From: Escherichia coli
GTDB lineage: Bacteria; Pseudomonadota; Gammaproteobacteria; Enterobacterales; Enterobacteriaceae
NCBI RefSeq assembly: GCF_024502345.1
Contig: NZ_JALDNN010000001.1
Direction: 5' to 3' (one strand)
Length of the DNA stretch: 64,000 bases
Below are positions 12,042 to 25,966 of this stretch, one piece after another. Positions within the stretch are counted from its first letter, which is position 1. Each line of letters begins with the position of its first letter. The notes under the pieces are model-generated. The model saw nothing but the letters and a program-made list of their open reading frames with translations. It was not told the origin of the DNA and searched no databases. The position numbers and the translations under genes were made by a program.

Positions 12042-13301
12042 TTATTCCCCCTGACGCTGGTAGTCGTTACGCTGCGCGTTGGCGCGGCGTTGGTCCATAA
12101 TATCGCCCTGACTGGTGGACGACGTGTTGCTTGCTCCACTGGTTGTGGAGGAAGAGGCTGGCGGCAGACGCAGCAGATTGCTGGCACCGTTATCGCTCTT
12201 CGCTGCAGGGGCGTTACCACCTTTCAGCATCTGGTCTAACGGCAGAACCATCAGGTTGCCACCTTTATCGTTAACCAGCACTTTGCGGGTGTTGCCCAAC
12301 ACTTTTTCCATCGTCTCGATATACAGACGCTCGCGAGTAATTTCCGGCGCGGCTTTATATTCCGGCAGAAGTTTAGCAAAGCGCGCCACTTCACCCTGGG
12401 CTTCCAGGATGGTCTGGGCCTTGTACGCACGCGCCTCTTCGAGGATACGTTGCGCCTGACCGTTCGCACGCGGCTGAACTTCGTTGGTATACGCTTCTGC
12501 TTCACGAATGTATTGCTGTTCGTTTTCACGCGCGGCAATCGCATCGTCAAACGCCGCTTTTACTTCTTCCGGTGGACGAGCAGCCTGGAAGTTGACGTCC
12601 AGCAGCGTGATACCCATGTCATACGGACGAATCGTCTCTTCCAGTTCGCGCTGAGTATCGCTACGAATCACGGTACGACCTTCCGTCAGAATGCGGTCCA
12701 TGGTGTATTTACCGATAACTCCACGCAGGGCGCTGTCGGTAGCCTGACGCAGGCTGTCATCCGGGCTGGTCACGCTATACAGATATTTTTCCGGATTGGT
12801 GACGCGGTACTGCACGTTCATCTCAACGCGCACTACGTTCTCGTCCGACGTCAGCATCACACCAGAAGCGGCCAGTTCACGCACGGCTTCCACGTTCACC
12901 GGTTTGACTTCGTCGATAAACGTCGGTTTCCAGTTCAGACCTGGCTCAACCAGATGGCTGAATTTACCAAAGCGTGTTACCACGCCGCGTTCGGCTTCTT
13001 TAATGGTATAGAAACCACTGGCCGCCCAGATAATGACAATCGCTGCCGCTGCGATGGTAACGACACGACCGCCAAGCTGCGGGCGCGGGCCTTGCGATGA
13101 ACTGCCACCGCCAGATCCGGTGCCTTTACCGCCGCCCAGACCACCGAGCTTTTTGCTCAGTTTGCGGAAGATATCATCTAAATCAGGTGGCCCTTGATCG
13201 CGACCGCCTTTGTTTCCATTTCCCTCAGAGTTGCCGCCAGGTTTGCTGCTTCCCCACGGGTCGCGGTCTTGTCCGTTATTACCGGGCTGATTCCACGCCA
13301 T
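12042..13301 (-). CDS. hflK: HflK, SPFH-family modulator of FtsH
   Basis: 419-aa ORF with a Gly-rich N-terminus followed by an SPFH domain. It matches K-12 HflK. Confidence 0.95.
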   Translation of the reverse strand: MAWNQPGNNGQDRDPWGSSKPGGNSEGNGNKGGRDQGPPDLDDIFRKLSKKLGGLGGGKGTGSGGGSSSQGPRPQLGGRVVTIAAAAIVIIWAASGFYTIKEAERGVVTRFGKFSHLVEPGLNWKPTFIDEVKPVNVEAVRELAASGVMLTSDENVVRVEMNVQYRVTNPEKYLYSVTSPDDSLRQATDSALRGVIGKYTMDRILTEGRTVIRSDTQRELEETIRPYDMGITLLDVNFQAARPPEEVKAAFDDAIAARENEQQYIREAEAYTNEVQPRANGQAQRILEEARAYKAQTILEAQGEVARFAKLLPEYKAAPEITRERLYIETMEKVLGNTRKVLVNDKGGNLMVLPLDQMLKGGNAPAAKSDNGASNLLRLPPASSSTTSGASNTSSTSQGDIMDQRRANAQRNDYQRQGE

Positions 13302-13386
13302 GTTTGTGCTCCATATTTGTTATGCGGTGATCCCTGTTGTCTTTCGACGCCAGAGGATATGACTCCACGCTTCAGACGCTACGCCG

Positions 13387-14667
13387 TTAGATCAGGTAAT
13401 CGATCAACGCCGGTTCTTGTTTACAGAGGCGACGCCAGTCAACGATCGGCATACGAACTTGCAGACTTACGCTGCCGTCCTCCTCCATCCACTCTTTTTC
13501 TATTGCCTGAAGCTGATAAAAACGACTTCTCAGACGCCCTTCCTGCGGTGGCAGACGCAATGTATGCTGCGCCACCTCGCCGGAAAGCCGCTCCGTCAAA
13601 GCCTGAAAAAGCTGTGGTATCCCCGCTCCGGTCTGTGCGGAAAGCCAGACACGGATCGGTTTGTTCTCTTCGTCCCGATCAATACGCGGTTCGAAATCTT
13701 CCAGCATATCGATCTTGTTCATCACCAGCAGGGTTGGGATCTCGTGAGCGTCGATCTCTTCAAGAACCGTATTCACCGCTTCGATGTTTTCTTGTACACG
13801 CACATCCGCCGCATCAATGACGTGCAGCAGTAATGTGGCTTGCCGCGTCTCTTGTAACGTGGCTTTAAATGCTGCCACCAGATCGTGCGGCAGGTGGCGA
13901 ATAAACCCTACGGTATCTGCAAGTACGGTTTCACCGACATCTGCAACGTCAATACGCCGCAACGTCGGGTCGAGGGTGGCAAACAACTGGTCTGCCGCGT
14001 AGACCCGCGCTTCGGTGATGCGATTGAAAAGGGTAGATTTACCGGCGTTGGTATATCCCACCAGCGAAACAGTAGGAACGTCGGCTTTGATACGCGATTG
14101 CCGCCCCTGCTCACGCTGCTTTTCAACTCTTTCCAGGCGCGACTGTATCTGCACGATGCGATTACGCAACAAACGACGGTCGGTTTCGAGCTGGGTTTCA
14201 CCCGGACCACGCAAACCAATCCCGCCTTTCTGTCTTTCAAGGTGGGTCCAGCCACGCACCAGGCGCGTAGCCAGATGGCGCAGCTGCGCCAGCTCAACCT
14301 GCAACTTACCCTCATGGGTACGCGCACGTTGGGCGAAAATATCTAAAATAAGGCCGGTGCGGTCGATAACACGACACTCGCACAAACGCTCCAGGTTACG
14401 CTCTTGCGCCGGGCTCAGGGCATGGTCAAAAAGAACGACCGAAGCACCCGTCGCTTTGACAGCTTCCGCAATTTCAACTGCTTTACCTTCACCTACAAAA
14501 TACTTTGGGTGCGGCGCTTTACGGCTACCGGTAATCACCTGCAATGCTTCGACACCGGCGGAAGAGACCAGAGATTCAAACTCCTGGAGGTCTTCCATAT
14601 CTTTGTCTTGCGTAAAATAGATGTGTACCAGTACCGCCTGCTCACCAGCATCATAACGGTCAAACAA
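13387..14667 (-). CDS. hflX: Ribosome-associated GTPase HflX
   Basis: 426-aa ORF with the G1 motif GYTNAGKST and a DTVGF motif. Confidence 0.95.
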   Translation of the reverse strand: MFDRYDAGEQAVLVHIYFTQDKDMEDLQEFESLVSSAGVEALQVITGSRKAPHPKYFVGEGKAVEIAEAVKATGASVVLFDHALSPAQERNLERLCECRVIDRTGLILDIFAQRARTHEGKLQVELAQLRHLATRLVRGWTHLERQKGGIGLRGPGETQLETDRRLLRNRIVQIQSRLERVEKQREQGRQSRIKADVPTVSLVGYTNAGKSTLFNRITEARVYAADQLFATLDPTLRRIDVADVGETVLADTVGFIRHLPHDLVAAFKATLQETRQATLLLHVIDAADVRVQENIEAVNTVLEEIDAHEIPTLLVMNKIDMLEDFEPRIDRDEENKPIRVWLSAQTGAGIPQLFQALTERLSGEVAQHTLRLPPQEGRLRSRFYQLQAIEKEWMEEDGSVSLQVRMPIVDWRRLCKQEPALIDYLI

Positions 14668-14743
14668 GCGTATAACCCTCTAAATAGATCAGCGGGGAAC
14701 GCAGGATCGCTAGCTCCCCGTGTAAAAAAAACAGCCCGAAACC

Positions 14744-15064
<321 letters not shown>

Positions 15065-15137
15065 TTATATGCTTATTTGTACTTTGAACCTTTCGATTCT
15101 GAAAAAATTGCGCACGATACGTCTCAATTGTACACAT

Positions 15138-16088
15138 TCAGCCTGCGATAGCACCAACAACCTGTAATACTTCGTCACGCGCCTGTTCTGGTTTTTCACT
15201 ATCAAGCCAGTGAACCCCTTCCCAACCACGCAGCCAGGTTATCTGCCGCTTCGCCAACTGTCTCGTGGCGCAAACACCTCGATAAACCATTTCATCGTAT
15301 GAGATTTCGCCTTCAAGGTAAGACCACATCTGGCGATAACCCACGCAACGAATGGAAGGCAAGTCCGTATGCAAATCTCCTCGGGCAAAAAGCGCCCGGA
15401 CTTCTGCTTCAAAACCTGAAGCCAACATCTGATGAAAACGCTGCTCAATGCGTTGATGGAGCAGTTCACGGCTCGCCGGGGCGATGGCGAACTGATGCAC
15501 CTGATACGGTAGAGCGTCTCCTGACGTTTGCGTCAGTTCCGTTAAAGTTTTACCCGAAATGAAAAAAACTTCCAGTGCCCGGGAAAGCCTTTGTGGATCA
15601 TTTGGATGAATCCTTGCTGCCGCAACCGGATCGATCTCCTGAAGTTGACGATGCAATGACTCCCAACCTTGCTCTGCCGCCTGTTGCTCAATTCTGGCCC
15701 GTACTTCCGGGTCTGCCGACGGTAGCGGCGACAACCCTTCCAGCAATGCCTTGAAATACAACATCGTACCGCCCACTAACAGTGGGATCCGCCCCGCCGC
15801 GGTGATATCGGCCATTTCCGCCAGCGCATCGCGGCGAAAATCAGCAGCCGAGTAAGCCTGCGACGGATCGCGAATATCCAGCAATCGGTGCGGCGCGGCG
15901 AGTAACTCTTCAGCGTTCGGCTTCGCCGTCCCGATATCCATCCCTTTGTAAATAAGGGCAGAATCAACGCTTATCAACTCTACTGGTAAAATTTTACGCA
16001 GCTCAATGGCTAACGCCGTTTTACCGGAGGCCGTCGGCCCCATCAAAAAAATCGCCTTAGGCAGGCTCGCCTTACTGATATCACTCAT
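15138..16088 (-). CDS. miaA: tRNA dimethylallyltransferase MiaA
   Basis: 316-aa ORF with the P-loop GPTASGKT. Its start overlaps the mutL 3' end by 8 nt. Confidence 0.95.
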
Positions 16089-17928
16089 CTTTCAGGGCTT
16101 TTATCGCCGGATGTAAATCAACAGATTGTAACAGACCACCCGGCGGCGTTTTCACAAGTTGCGGACATAACCGTTCCACGTCCGCCAGCAGGGTTATGGC
16201 CTGTGCCATTGACCACTGCGCATGTTCGCTCATCAGATTTCGTGCAATCCACTGCGCAATATTGCCAGGTTCGAATACGGACTGCTTCGCCAGGTAGCCT
16301 ATCAGTTCAGGAATCAAGATTTGTAAATTTTGTTGGCGTAAGGGTAAAGGCACGGCCCTGATGGTCACATGCTGTGCATCTGACTGGAAATCAATACCCA
16401 ATTCCGCCAGGGCAGACTGCGCTTTTTCTAATGCCGATTTTTCTTCGCCAGAAACTTTTAGCCGCAACGGAATCAGCAGCGGCTGGGCGCAAACGGGCGC
16501 TTCACCCGGCGTCAGTTGTACCTGACGCAGCCAACGTTCTGCCACTGGCAAGGCTAAAAGTGAAATGTTGCCGTCGCGCTCCAGCAACGCACAGTCGGAA
16601 TGGACGATAGTCAGTACCCGACCAAAACTCTGACTGTTCGCCGCAAGTGCAGGTTCCTGCGGTTCCGGCGCTTTTGGTTTTTGCATCGGCGCGGGCGTTT
16701 GCAAAAGCTGGCGATACACTTCACCTTGCTGTTTCTGGTAGCCTGGCTGCGCATTCGGCCAGGGGGCAGCCGGACGACTGCCTGAGGCGGGCGCAGGAGA
16801 GTAGCGCGGAGCTACCGGCTCACGAGCTGCCGGTTCTGCAAAGTGATTGCGCCCCGCCGCCACGCGGTTTTCCGGAATGGGACGCGGTGCAGGTTGGGGT
16901 TCATCGTCCAGCGGTAGCGGCGTTTCCAGTTGCTGTTGTAGCACGCTCAGCACGCCCTGATAGATAAAATCATGCACCAGACGCGACTGATGGAAACGCA
17001 CTTCGTGTTTGGCGGGGTGTACGTTGACGTCCACCTGATGCGGGTCGATCTCCAGATACAACACAAATGCAGGTTGTTGATCGGCCCCCAGTTTGTCTTC
17101 GCAGGCCTGGCGGATCGCGTGATTGATCAGGCGATCGCGCATCATGCGACCGTTCACGTAGCAATACTGAATTTCTGCCAGTGCGGGCGTGGTGTGATTT
17201 GGATCGGCCACCCAGCCGCGCAGGGTGAGATCGCCGTGTTGCCATTCAATCGCCAGCGCTTGTTCGAGAAAAGCGGTGCCACAAATCGCGCCTAAGCGCC
17301 GTTCTTTTTGCCCGCCTTCCGGCACTGCGCGGTACTGACGCACAATTTTACCGTTATGCGACAGGTTGATCGTGACGTCGAAACGCGCCAGCGCAATGCG
17401 GCGGATGATTTCATCGATATGGTTAAATTCGGTTTTCTCGGTGCGCAGGAATCTGCGCCGCGCCGGGGTGTTGTAGAACAGATCCAGCACCTCCAGCGTC
17501 GTTCCCACCGGATGCGCCGCCGGTTTAACCGTCACGTCCATATCGCGTCCTTCGGCATAGGCCTGCCAGGCTTCCTGCTGTTCTGCGGTGCGTGAAGTGA
17601 GCGTCAGGCGGGAAACCGAACTGATACTCGCCAGCGCCTCACCGCGAAAGCCCAGGCTGATAATGGCTTCGAGATCGTCCAGAGAGGCGATTTTACTGGT
17701 GGCATGACGAGCCAGCGCCAGCGCCAGCTCATCTTTTTTGATACCGCAGCCGTTATCACGAATGCGGATAAGTTTCGCCCCACCGCGTTCGATATCAATA
17801 TCGATACGCGTCGCACCTGCATCGAGGCTGTTTTCCACCAGTTCTTTGACTACCGACGCAGGTCGCTCGACCACCTCACCTGCGGCAATCTGGTTCGCCA
17901 GTTGTGGCGGTAAGACCTGAATTGGCAT
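16081..17928 (-). CDS. mutL: DNA mismatch repair protein MutL
   Basis: ORF trimmed to the ATG at 17928 ([38 protein letters not shown]). It has a GHKL ATPase N-terminus. Confidence 0.95.
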
Positions 17929-17937
17929 CAATCGTCC

Positions 17938-19272
17938 TTAGTTTGGCAGCGTGCGATCTGGCGTTGTCACCGTACTGGCCGTTTGTGCCGTTGCCCCCTG
18001 CGGCGCAGATTGCATCGGATGCGCAAGGAAATAATTGCGCAGGCCTTTGTAAATGGCTTCTGCCAGCTGTTGTTGGTAATCGTCGCTCGCCAGCAAACGT
18101 TCTTCACTGTTATTGCTGATAAAACCGGTTTCGACCAGTACTGACGGGATATCCGGCGAACGCAGAACGCCTAGACTAGCGTGTTCTGGCCGACGTTTAT
18201 GAATTTCGCCAATGCGTTGCAACTGACTGATCATACTGGTCGCTACATCATACCCTACCCGCTGGGAATGACCGAACTGTAAATCCAGCACCGCCTGGCT
18301 TAAATAGGGGTCAGACTGACTGTTCGCCAGCACATCACCCGCCCCACCCAGCAGCTCCGACTGTTTCTCGTGCTGCTCCAGCCAGCTGGCCATTTCGCTG
18401 TTGGCGCGACGGTTAGAGAGCACCCATACGGAAGCGCCAGTCGCACTGCGGTTCGGTGCGGCATCAGCGTGAATCGACACGAGGAAATTGGCGTTTTGCT
18501 TACGTGCCACATCACTGCGCCCCATCACCGAGATAAAGTAATCCCCGTCACGGGTTAAAACGCCCTTAAACATCGGATCGTCATTGAGCAAAGTACGCAA
18601 TTTACGCGCGATGGCGATGGTGACATTTTTCTCCCGCGTACCACCGGGGCCGATAGCGCCAGGGTCCTGACCGCCGTGTCCGGCATCAATAGCGATGATA
18701 ATTTTATCGCCAGTGTTAGCCGTCGCGCGCGCTGCCGGACGCGTTACCGTATTACTGCTGATAACACCCGTAGTGCGGTTACTTTCCGTTTTAAACGGAT
18801 TGCGCGCCGGTTCGCTGACGCGCGGTGCGACAACCGCAGGCGTTTCAACGCGTTTCGCAACCACGGGCGGCGGGGGAGGAGGTGGCGGCGCATCGGCGTT
18901 AATCGTAAAGACGACAGTGTAATTGCTGCCATTCTGCCGCTTCACCGCTTCGGTTTTACCGTTTTCGGTAAGATCGACCACCAGCCGTAGCGTTTGTGCA
19001 TCTTTAGGCGTTCCAGAGCGAATCGCCTTCACCAGATTATTGCCGCTGAACAACAACGGCAGTCCCTGAATCACGCCCGTTTGTTTGATATCGAGCGCCA
19101 CGGTGCGTTTGCTTTGATGGCTAAACGCATAATCAGGATCGCCAATAAAACTCAACGTTATCCGCGCCTGTTGATTACCGTTAGAAACCTGAATATCAGA
19201 GAGCGTCGCGGCACCCACCGGCGTGCACAGCAGCAGCGTCGCTACCAACCAATTTCTGATGCGATACATCAT
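17938..19272 (-). CDS. amiB: N-acetylmuramoyl-L-alanine amidase AmiB
   Basis: ORF trimmed to the [15 protein letters not shown]... start at 19272. It has a signal peptide, a poly-Pro linker and an Amidase_3 domain. Confidence 0.92.
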   Translation of the reverse strand: MMYRIRNWLVATLLLCTPVGAATLSDIQVSNGNQQARITLSFIGDPDYAFSHQSKRTVALDIKQTGVIQGLPLLFSGNNLVKAIRSGTPKDAQTLRLVVDLTENGKTEAVKRQNGSNYTVVFTINADAPPPPPPPPVVAKRVETPAVVAPRVSEPARNPFKTESNRTTGVISSNTVTRPAARATANTGDKIIIAIDAGHGGQDPGAIGPGGTREKNVTIAIARKLRTLLNDDPMFKGVLTRDGDYFISVMGRSDVARKQNANFLVSIHADAAPNRSATGASVWVLSNRRANSEMASWLEQHEKQSELLGGAGDVLANSQSDPYLSQAVLDLQFGHSQRVGYDVATSMISQLQRIGEIHKRRPEHASLGVLRSPDIPSVLVETGFISNNSEERLLASDDYQQQLAEAIYKGLRNYFLAHPMQSAPQGATAQTASTVTTPDRTLPN

Positions 19273-19290
19273 CCCGCCACCTTTCAAAGG

Positions 19291-21269
<1,979 letters not shown>

Positions 21270-21271
<2 letters not shown>

Positions 21272-22409
21272 GTCAGAGCCCCTCGATCTCAATCAGTTAG
21301 CGCAAAAAATTAAACAGTGGGGGCTGGAACTGGGCTTTCAGCAGGTAGGTATTACCGATACCGATCTCAGCGAGTCCGAGCCCAAACTGCAAGCATGGCT
21401 GGACAAACAATACCACGGCGAAATGGACTGGATGGCACGTCACGGTATGCTGCGCGCTCGCCCTCATGAGTTATTGCCCGGTACGCTGCGCGTGATCAGC
21501 GTGCGGATGAATTACCTTCCTGCTAACGCCGCATTTGCCAGCACGCTGAAAAACCCCAAACTCGGCTATGTTAGCCGTTATGCGCTGGGCCGTGACTATC
21601 ACAAACTTCTGCGCAACCGACTCAAAAAGCTGGGCGAGATGATTCAGCAACATTGTGTTTCGCTGAATTTTAGACCGTTTGTCGATTCTGCGCCTATTCT
21701 CGAGCGCCCGTTAGCTGAAAAAGCTGGGCTCGGCTGGACAGGTAAGCACTCACTTATCCTCAATCGCGAGGCCGGTTCGTTCTTCTTTTTAGGCGAATTG
21801 CTGGTCGATATTCCGCTGCCCGTGGCTCAACCAGTCGAGGAAGGATGCGGCAAATGCGTGGCCTGTATGACGATTTGCCCGACCGGTGCCATCGTCGAGC
21901 CATATACCGTCGATGCTCGCCGCTGTATCTCTTATCTCACCATCGAACTGGAAGGGGCGATCCCGGAAGAGTTGCGACCGTTAATGGGAAACCGTATTTA
22001 CGGTTGCGATGACTGCCAGCTTATCTGCCCGTGGAATCGCTATTCACAACTCACTACAGAAGACGATTTCAGCCCGCGTAAGCCGCTACACGCACCGGAA
22101 CTCATTGAGTTATTCGCCTGGAGCGAAGAGAAGTTTTTAAAAGTCACGGAAGGTTCGGCGATTCGCCGTATAGGTCACCTGCGCTGGCTGCGTAATATCG
22201 CCGTGGCATTAGGCAATGCGCCCTGGGATGAAACGATTCTGGCGGCGCTGGAGAGTCGCAAAGGTGAGCACCCACTTCTTGATGAGCACATAGCGTGGGC
22301 GATGGCGCAGCAAATCGAGAGGCGAAATGCGTGCATAGTCGAAGTGCAATTGCCGAAAAAACAGCGTCTGGTTCGGGTAATTGAAAAAGGGTTACCGCGT
22401 GACGCCTGA
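21270..22409 (+). CDS. queG: Epoxyqueuosine reductase QueG (YjeS)
   Basis: ORF 21162..22409 trimmed to the ATG at 21270 (MSEPLDLNQLAQKIKQWG..., 379 aa). 4Fe-4S Cys motifs CGKCVACMTICP and CDDCQLICP are present. Confidence 0.92.
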
Positions 22410-22678
22410 TTCATCCACAGCTTGTGAATAAAAATAAAAACGCATTGCAATTCAAGACGAATAAAATCGTCAAGTGATCGACTCGACAAAACGAAATCTT
22501 AATTTTTAACTTATCTATCAATAGGTTAAAAAAATACTATTCACCGTGCGAAGTTTCTTTGAAATTAAGATTACAGCCTGAGGCTGTGGATAACTCTGTT
22601 TACAAGAGTTTGTCAGAGACAACAAAAACCAGCAATAACGCATCGCGTCGCTGTGGATATTTTATTGAGAGAAGAATT

Positions 22679-22754
<76 letters not shown>

Positions 22755-22789
22755 TTGGGTGGTCTGTGCCTTACAGCACTTTCAAATTT

Positions 22790-22865
<76 letters not shown>

Positions 22866-22901
22866 TTGGGTGGTCTGTGCTTTGCAGCACTTTTCAAATT
22901 T

Positions 22902-22977
<76 letters not shown>

Positions 22978-23034
22978 GTACTACTTAATTTTGCTTTCGT
23001 AATTTTCGCATTTCTGCGTCGTTACGGGAGGCGC

Positions 23035-23062
23035 ATTATACGAGAAATCTTTCCCTCTGCAA
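23035..23062 (-). promoter_or_regulatory. Sigma70 promoter of the tRNA-Gly operon
   Basis: On the minus strand, TTGCAG (23057-23062) is followed by a 16-nt spacer and TATAAT (23035-23040). A GC-rich discriminator GCGCCTCCC follows, and an A/T-rich UP-like tract lies upstream. This is typical stringent tRNA promoter architecture. Confidence 0.6.
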
Positions 23063-23187
23063 CCCCCCTAAAAAATTTTTTTTGAGTTTTTATCTCAAGT
23101 GCTGAAATTATCGGCAAGACGTTCAATTTAGCGTCAAAATCACGCCGCCGCAAGTGGATTCCGGCGCTTACGTGACCAGCAAAAATT

Positions 23188-23733
23188 TTACAGCTTGATA
23201 AAATGCTCGCGGTAGTAAGCCAGCTCCGCCACCGATTCACGGATATCATCCATCGCCTGATGCGTCCCCTGCTTGGTAAAACCATCCAGAATTTCCGGCT
23301 TCCAGCGGCGCGCCAGCTCTTTCAGGGTGCTGACATCGAGATAACGGTAGTGGAAGTAGGCTTCCAGCTCCGGCATGTATTTAAACAGGAAGCGACGATC
23401 CTGGCCGATGCTGTTACCGCAAATCGGCGATTTTCCCGCAGGCACCCACTGTTTTAAGAATTCGAGCGTTGCCAGTTCAGCTTCACGATCGCCCATCGTG
23501 CTCGCTTTCACGCGCTCTACCAGCCCGCTGGCGGTATGGGTGCGCACGTTCCAGTCATCCATCAGCGCCAGCTGTTCATCAGACTGGTGTACTGCAATGG
23601 TCGGCCCTTCTGCCAGAATATTCAGGTTGGCATCGGTCACCAGCGTGGCAATCTCAATAATGCGATCGCGCTCGGGATCCAGACCGGTCATCTCAAGATC
23701 GATCCAAATCAGGTTGTTTTCATTGGCACTCAT
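23188..23733 (-). CDS. orn: Oligoribonuclease
   Basis: ORF trimmed to [27 protein letters not shown] (181 aa). It carries DEDDh exonuclease motifs. Confidence 0.95.
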
Positions 23734-23827
23734 GCTATTTTCCACCCATTCACAGTGACTATATTGATCCACAATTGCGTGTATCATAGATGTTTTGCCC
23801 ATCAGGGGCGACCAGGAGTCTGTACGA

Positions 23828-24880
23828 TTGAGTAAAAATAAACTCTCCAAAGGCCAGCAGCGCCGCGTGAACGCCAATCACCAGCGTCGTCTTAAAACGT
23901 CTAAGGAGAAGCCCGACTACGACGACAATCTGTTTGGCGAGCCTGATGAAGGTATCGTCATCAGCCGCTTTGGTATGCACGCTGATGTGGAATCCGCCGA
24001 TGGCGACGTTCACCGCTGCAATATTCGCCGTACCATCCGTTCGCTGGTGACCGGCGACCGCGTAGTCTGGCGTCCGGGTAAACCGGCGGCGGAAGGCGTA
24101 AATGTCAAAGGGATCGTGGAAGCGGTGCATGAGCGCACCTCGGTGTTGACGCGTCCGGATTTCTACGACGGCGTGAAACCTATTGCCGCCAACATCGACC
24201 AGATTGTCATTGTCTCCGCCATTTTGCCGGAGCTGTCGCTCAATATTATCGACCGTTACCTGGTGGCCTGCGAAACCTTGCAGATTGAGCCGATTATTGT
24301 GCTCAATAAGATAGACCTGCTGGACGACGAAGGCATGGCGTTCGTCAACGAGCAGATGGATATCTACCGCAATATCGGTTATCGCGTATTGATGGTTTCC
24401 AGCCATACTCAGGATGGGCTAAAACCGCTGGAAGAGGCGTTGACCGGGCGCATCAGCATTTTTGCCGGGCAGTCTGGCGTTGGTAAATCCAGCCTGCTGA
24501 ACGCGTTGCTGGGGCTGCAAAAAGAGATCCTGACCAACGATGTCTCTGACAACTCGGGTCTCGGTCAACACACCACGACCGCCGCACGCCTGTATCACTT
24601 CCCGCACGGCGGTGATGTGATTGATTCCCCTGGTGTGCGTGAGTTCGGCCTCTGGCACCTGGAGCCGGAACAAATCACTCAGGGCTTTGTCGAATTCCAT
24701 GACTATTTAGGTCTGTGTAAATATCGCGATTGCAAACACGATACCGATCCGGGCTGCGCTATCCGGGAAGCGGTTGAGGAAGGGAAAATCGCGGAAACCC
24801 GTTTCGAAAACTATCACCGTATTCTGGAAAGCATGGCGCAGGTAAAAACGCGTAAAAACTTTTCTGATACGGATGACTGA
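23828..24880 (+). CDS. rsgA: Ribosome small-subunit biogenesis GTPase RsgA (YjeQ)
   Basis: ORF trimmed to the TTG at 23828 ([21 protein letters not shown]..., 350 aa as in K-12). It has the motif GQSGVGKSS and a C-terminal zinc-finger Cys cluster. Confidence 0.9.
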
Positions 24881-24976
24881 CAATTAAGCTAACCGTCGTT
24901 AGAATCGTCCCCTTTTTTTCAGGATCCGGCATGCAGGCCGGATCAGGAACGACAAAACAATGGCCTGGAGGCTACC

Positions 24977-25945
24977 TTGTTAAATTCATTTAAACTTTCG
25001 CTACAGTACATTCTGCCGAAACTATGGCTTACTCGGCTGGCGGGTTGGGGCGCAAGCAAGCGGGCAGGATGGCTGACAAAACTGGTTATCGATCTGTTCG
25101 TTAAATACTACAAGGTCGACATGAAAGAGGCGCAAAAGCCGGACACCGCCAGCTACCGCACCTTTAACGAATTCTTTGTCCGTCCGCTGCGTGACGAAGT
25201 ACGCCCAATCGATACCGATCCGAATGTCCTGGTTATGCCTGCCGATGGCGTTATCAGCCAGTTGGGTAAAATCGAAGAAGATAAAATCCTGCAAGCCAAA
25301 GGCCACAACTACAGCCTCGAAGCCCTGCTGGCAGGCAACTATCTGATGGCGGACCTGTTCCGCAACGGTACGTTTGTGACCACTTACCTCTCCCCGCGTG
25401 ACTACCACCGCGTACACATGCCGTGCAACGGTATTCTGCGTGAAATGATCTACGTGCCGGGCGATCTCTTCTCCGTTAACCATCTCACGGCTCAGAACGT
25501 GCCGAATCTGTTTGCCCGTAACGAACGCGTGATCTGCCTGTTCGATACCGAATTTGGCCCAATGGCGCAGATTCTGGTCGGGGCGACGATTGTAGGCAGC
25601 ATTGAGACTGTCTGGGCGGGCACCATTACGCCGCCGCGCGAAGGCATCATCAAGCGCTGGACCTGGCCTGCCGGGGAAAACGACGGTTCTGTGGCACTGC
25701 TGAAAGGCCAGGAAATGGGTCGCTTTAAACTCGGTTCCACCGTTATCAACCTGTTTGCACCAGGTAAAGTGAATCTGGTTGAGCAACTGGAAAGCCTGTC
25801 TGTCACGAAAATTGGCCAGCCGCTGGCAGTATCTACCGAAACCTTTGTTACGCCAGACGCTGAACCCGCCCCGCCTCCTGCTGAAGAGATCGAAGCAGAA
25901 CACGACGCCAGCCCATTGGTTGACGATAAAAAAGACCAGGTCTAA
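24977..25945 (+). CDS. psd: Phosphatidylserine decarboxylase proenzyme
   Basis: 322-aa ORF with the LGST self-cleavage motif ([11 protein letters not shown]). Confidence 0.95.
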   Translation: MLNSFKLSLQYILPKLWLTRLAGWGASKRAGWLTKLVIDLFVKYYKVDMKEAQKPDTASYRTFNEFFVRPLRDEVRPIDTDPNVLVMPADGVISQLGKIEEDKILQAKGHNYSLEALLAGNYLMADLFRNGTFVTTYLSPRDYHRVHMPCNGILREMIYVPGDLFSVNHLTAQNVPNLFARNERVICLFDTEFGPMAQILVGATIVGSIETVWAGTITPPREGIIKRWTWPAGENDGSVALLKGQEMGRFKLGSTVINLFAPGKVNLVEQLESLSVTKIGQPLAVSTETFVTPDAEPAPPPAEEIEAEHDASPLVDDKKDQV

Positions 25946-25966
25946 TCCATCAAAGGAAACGCTGAC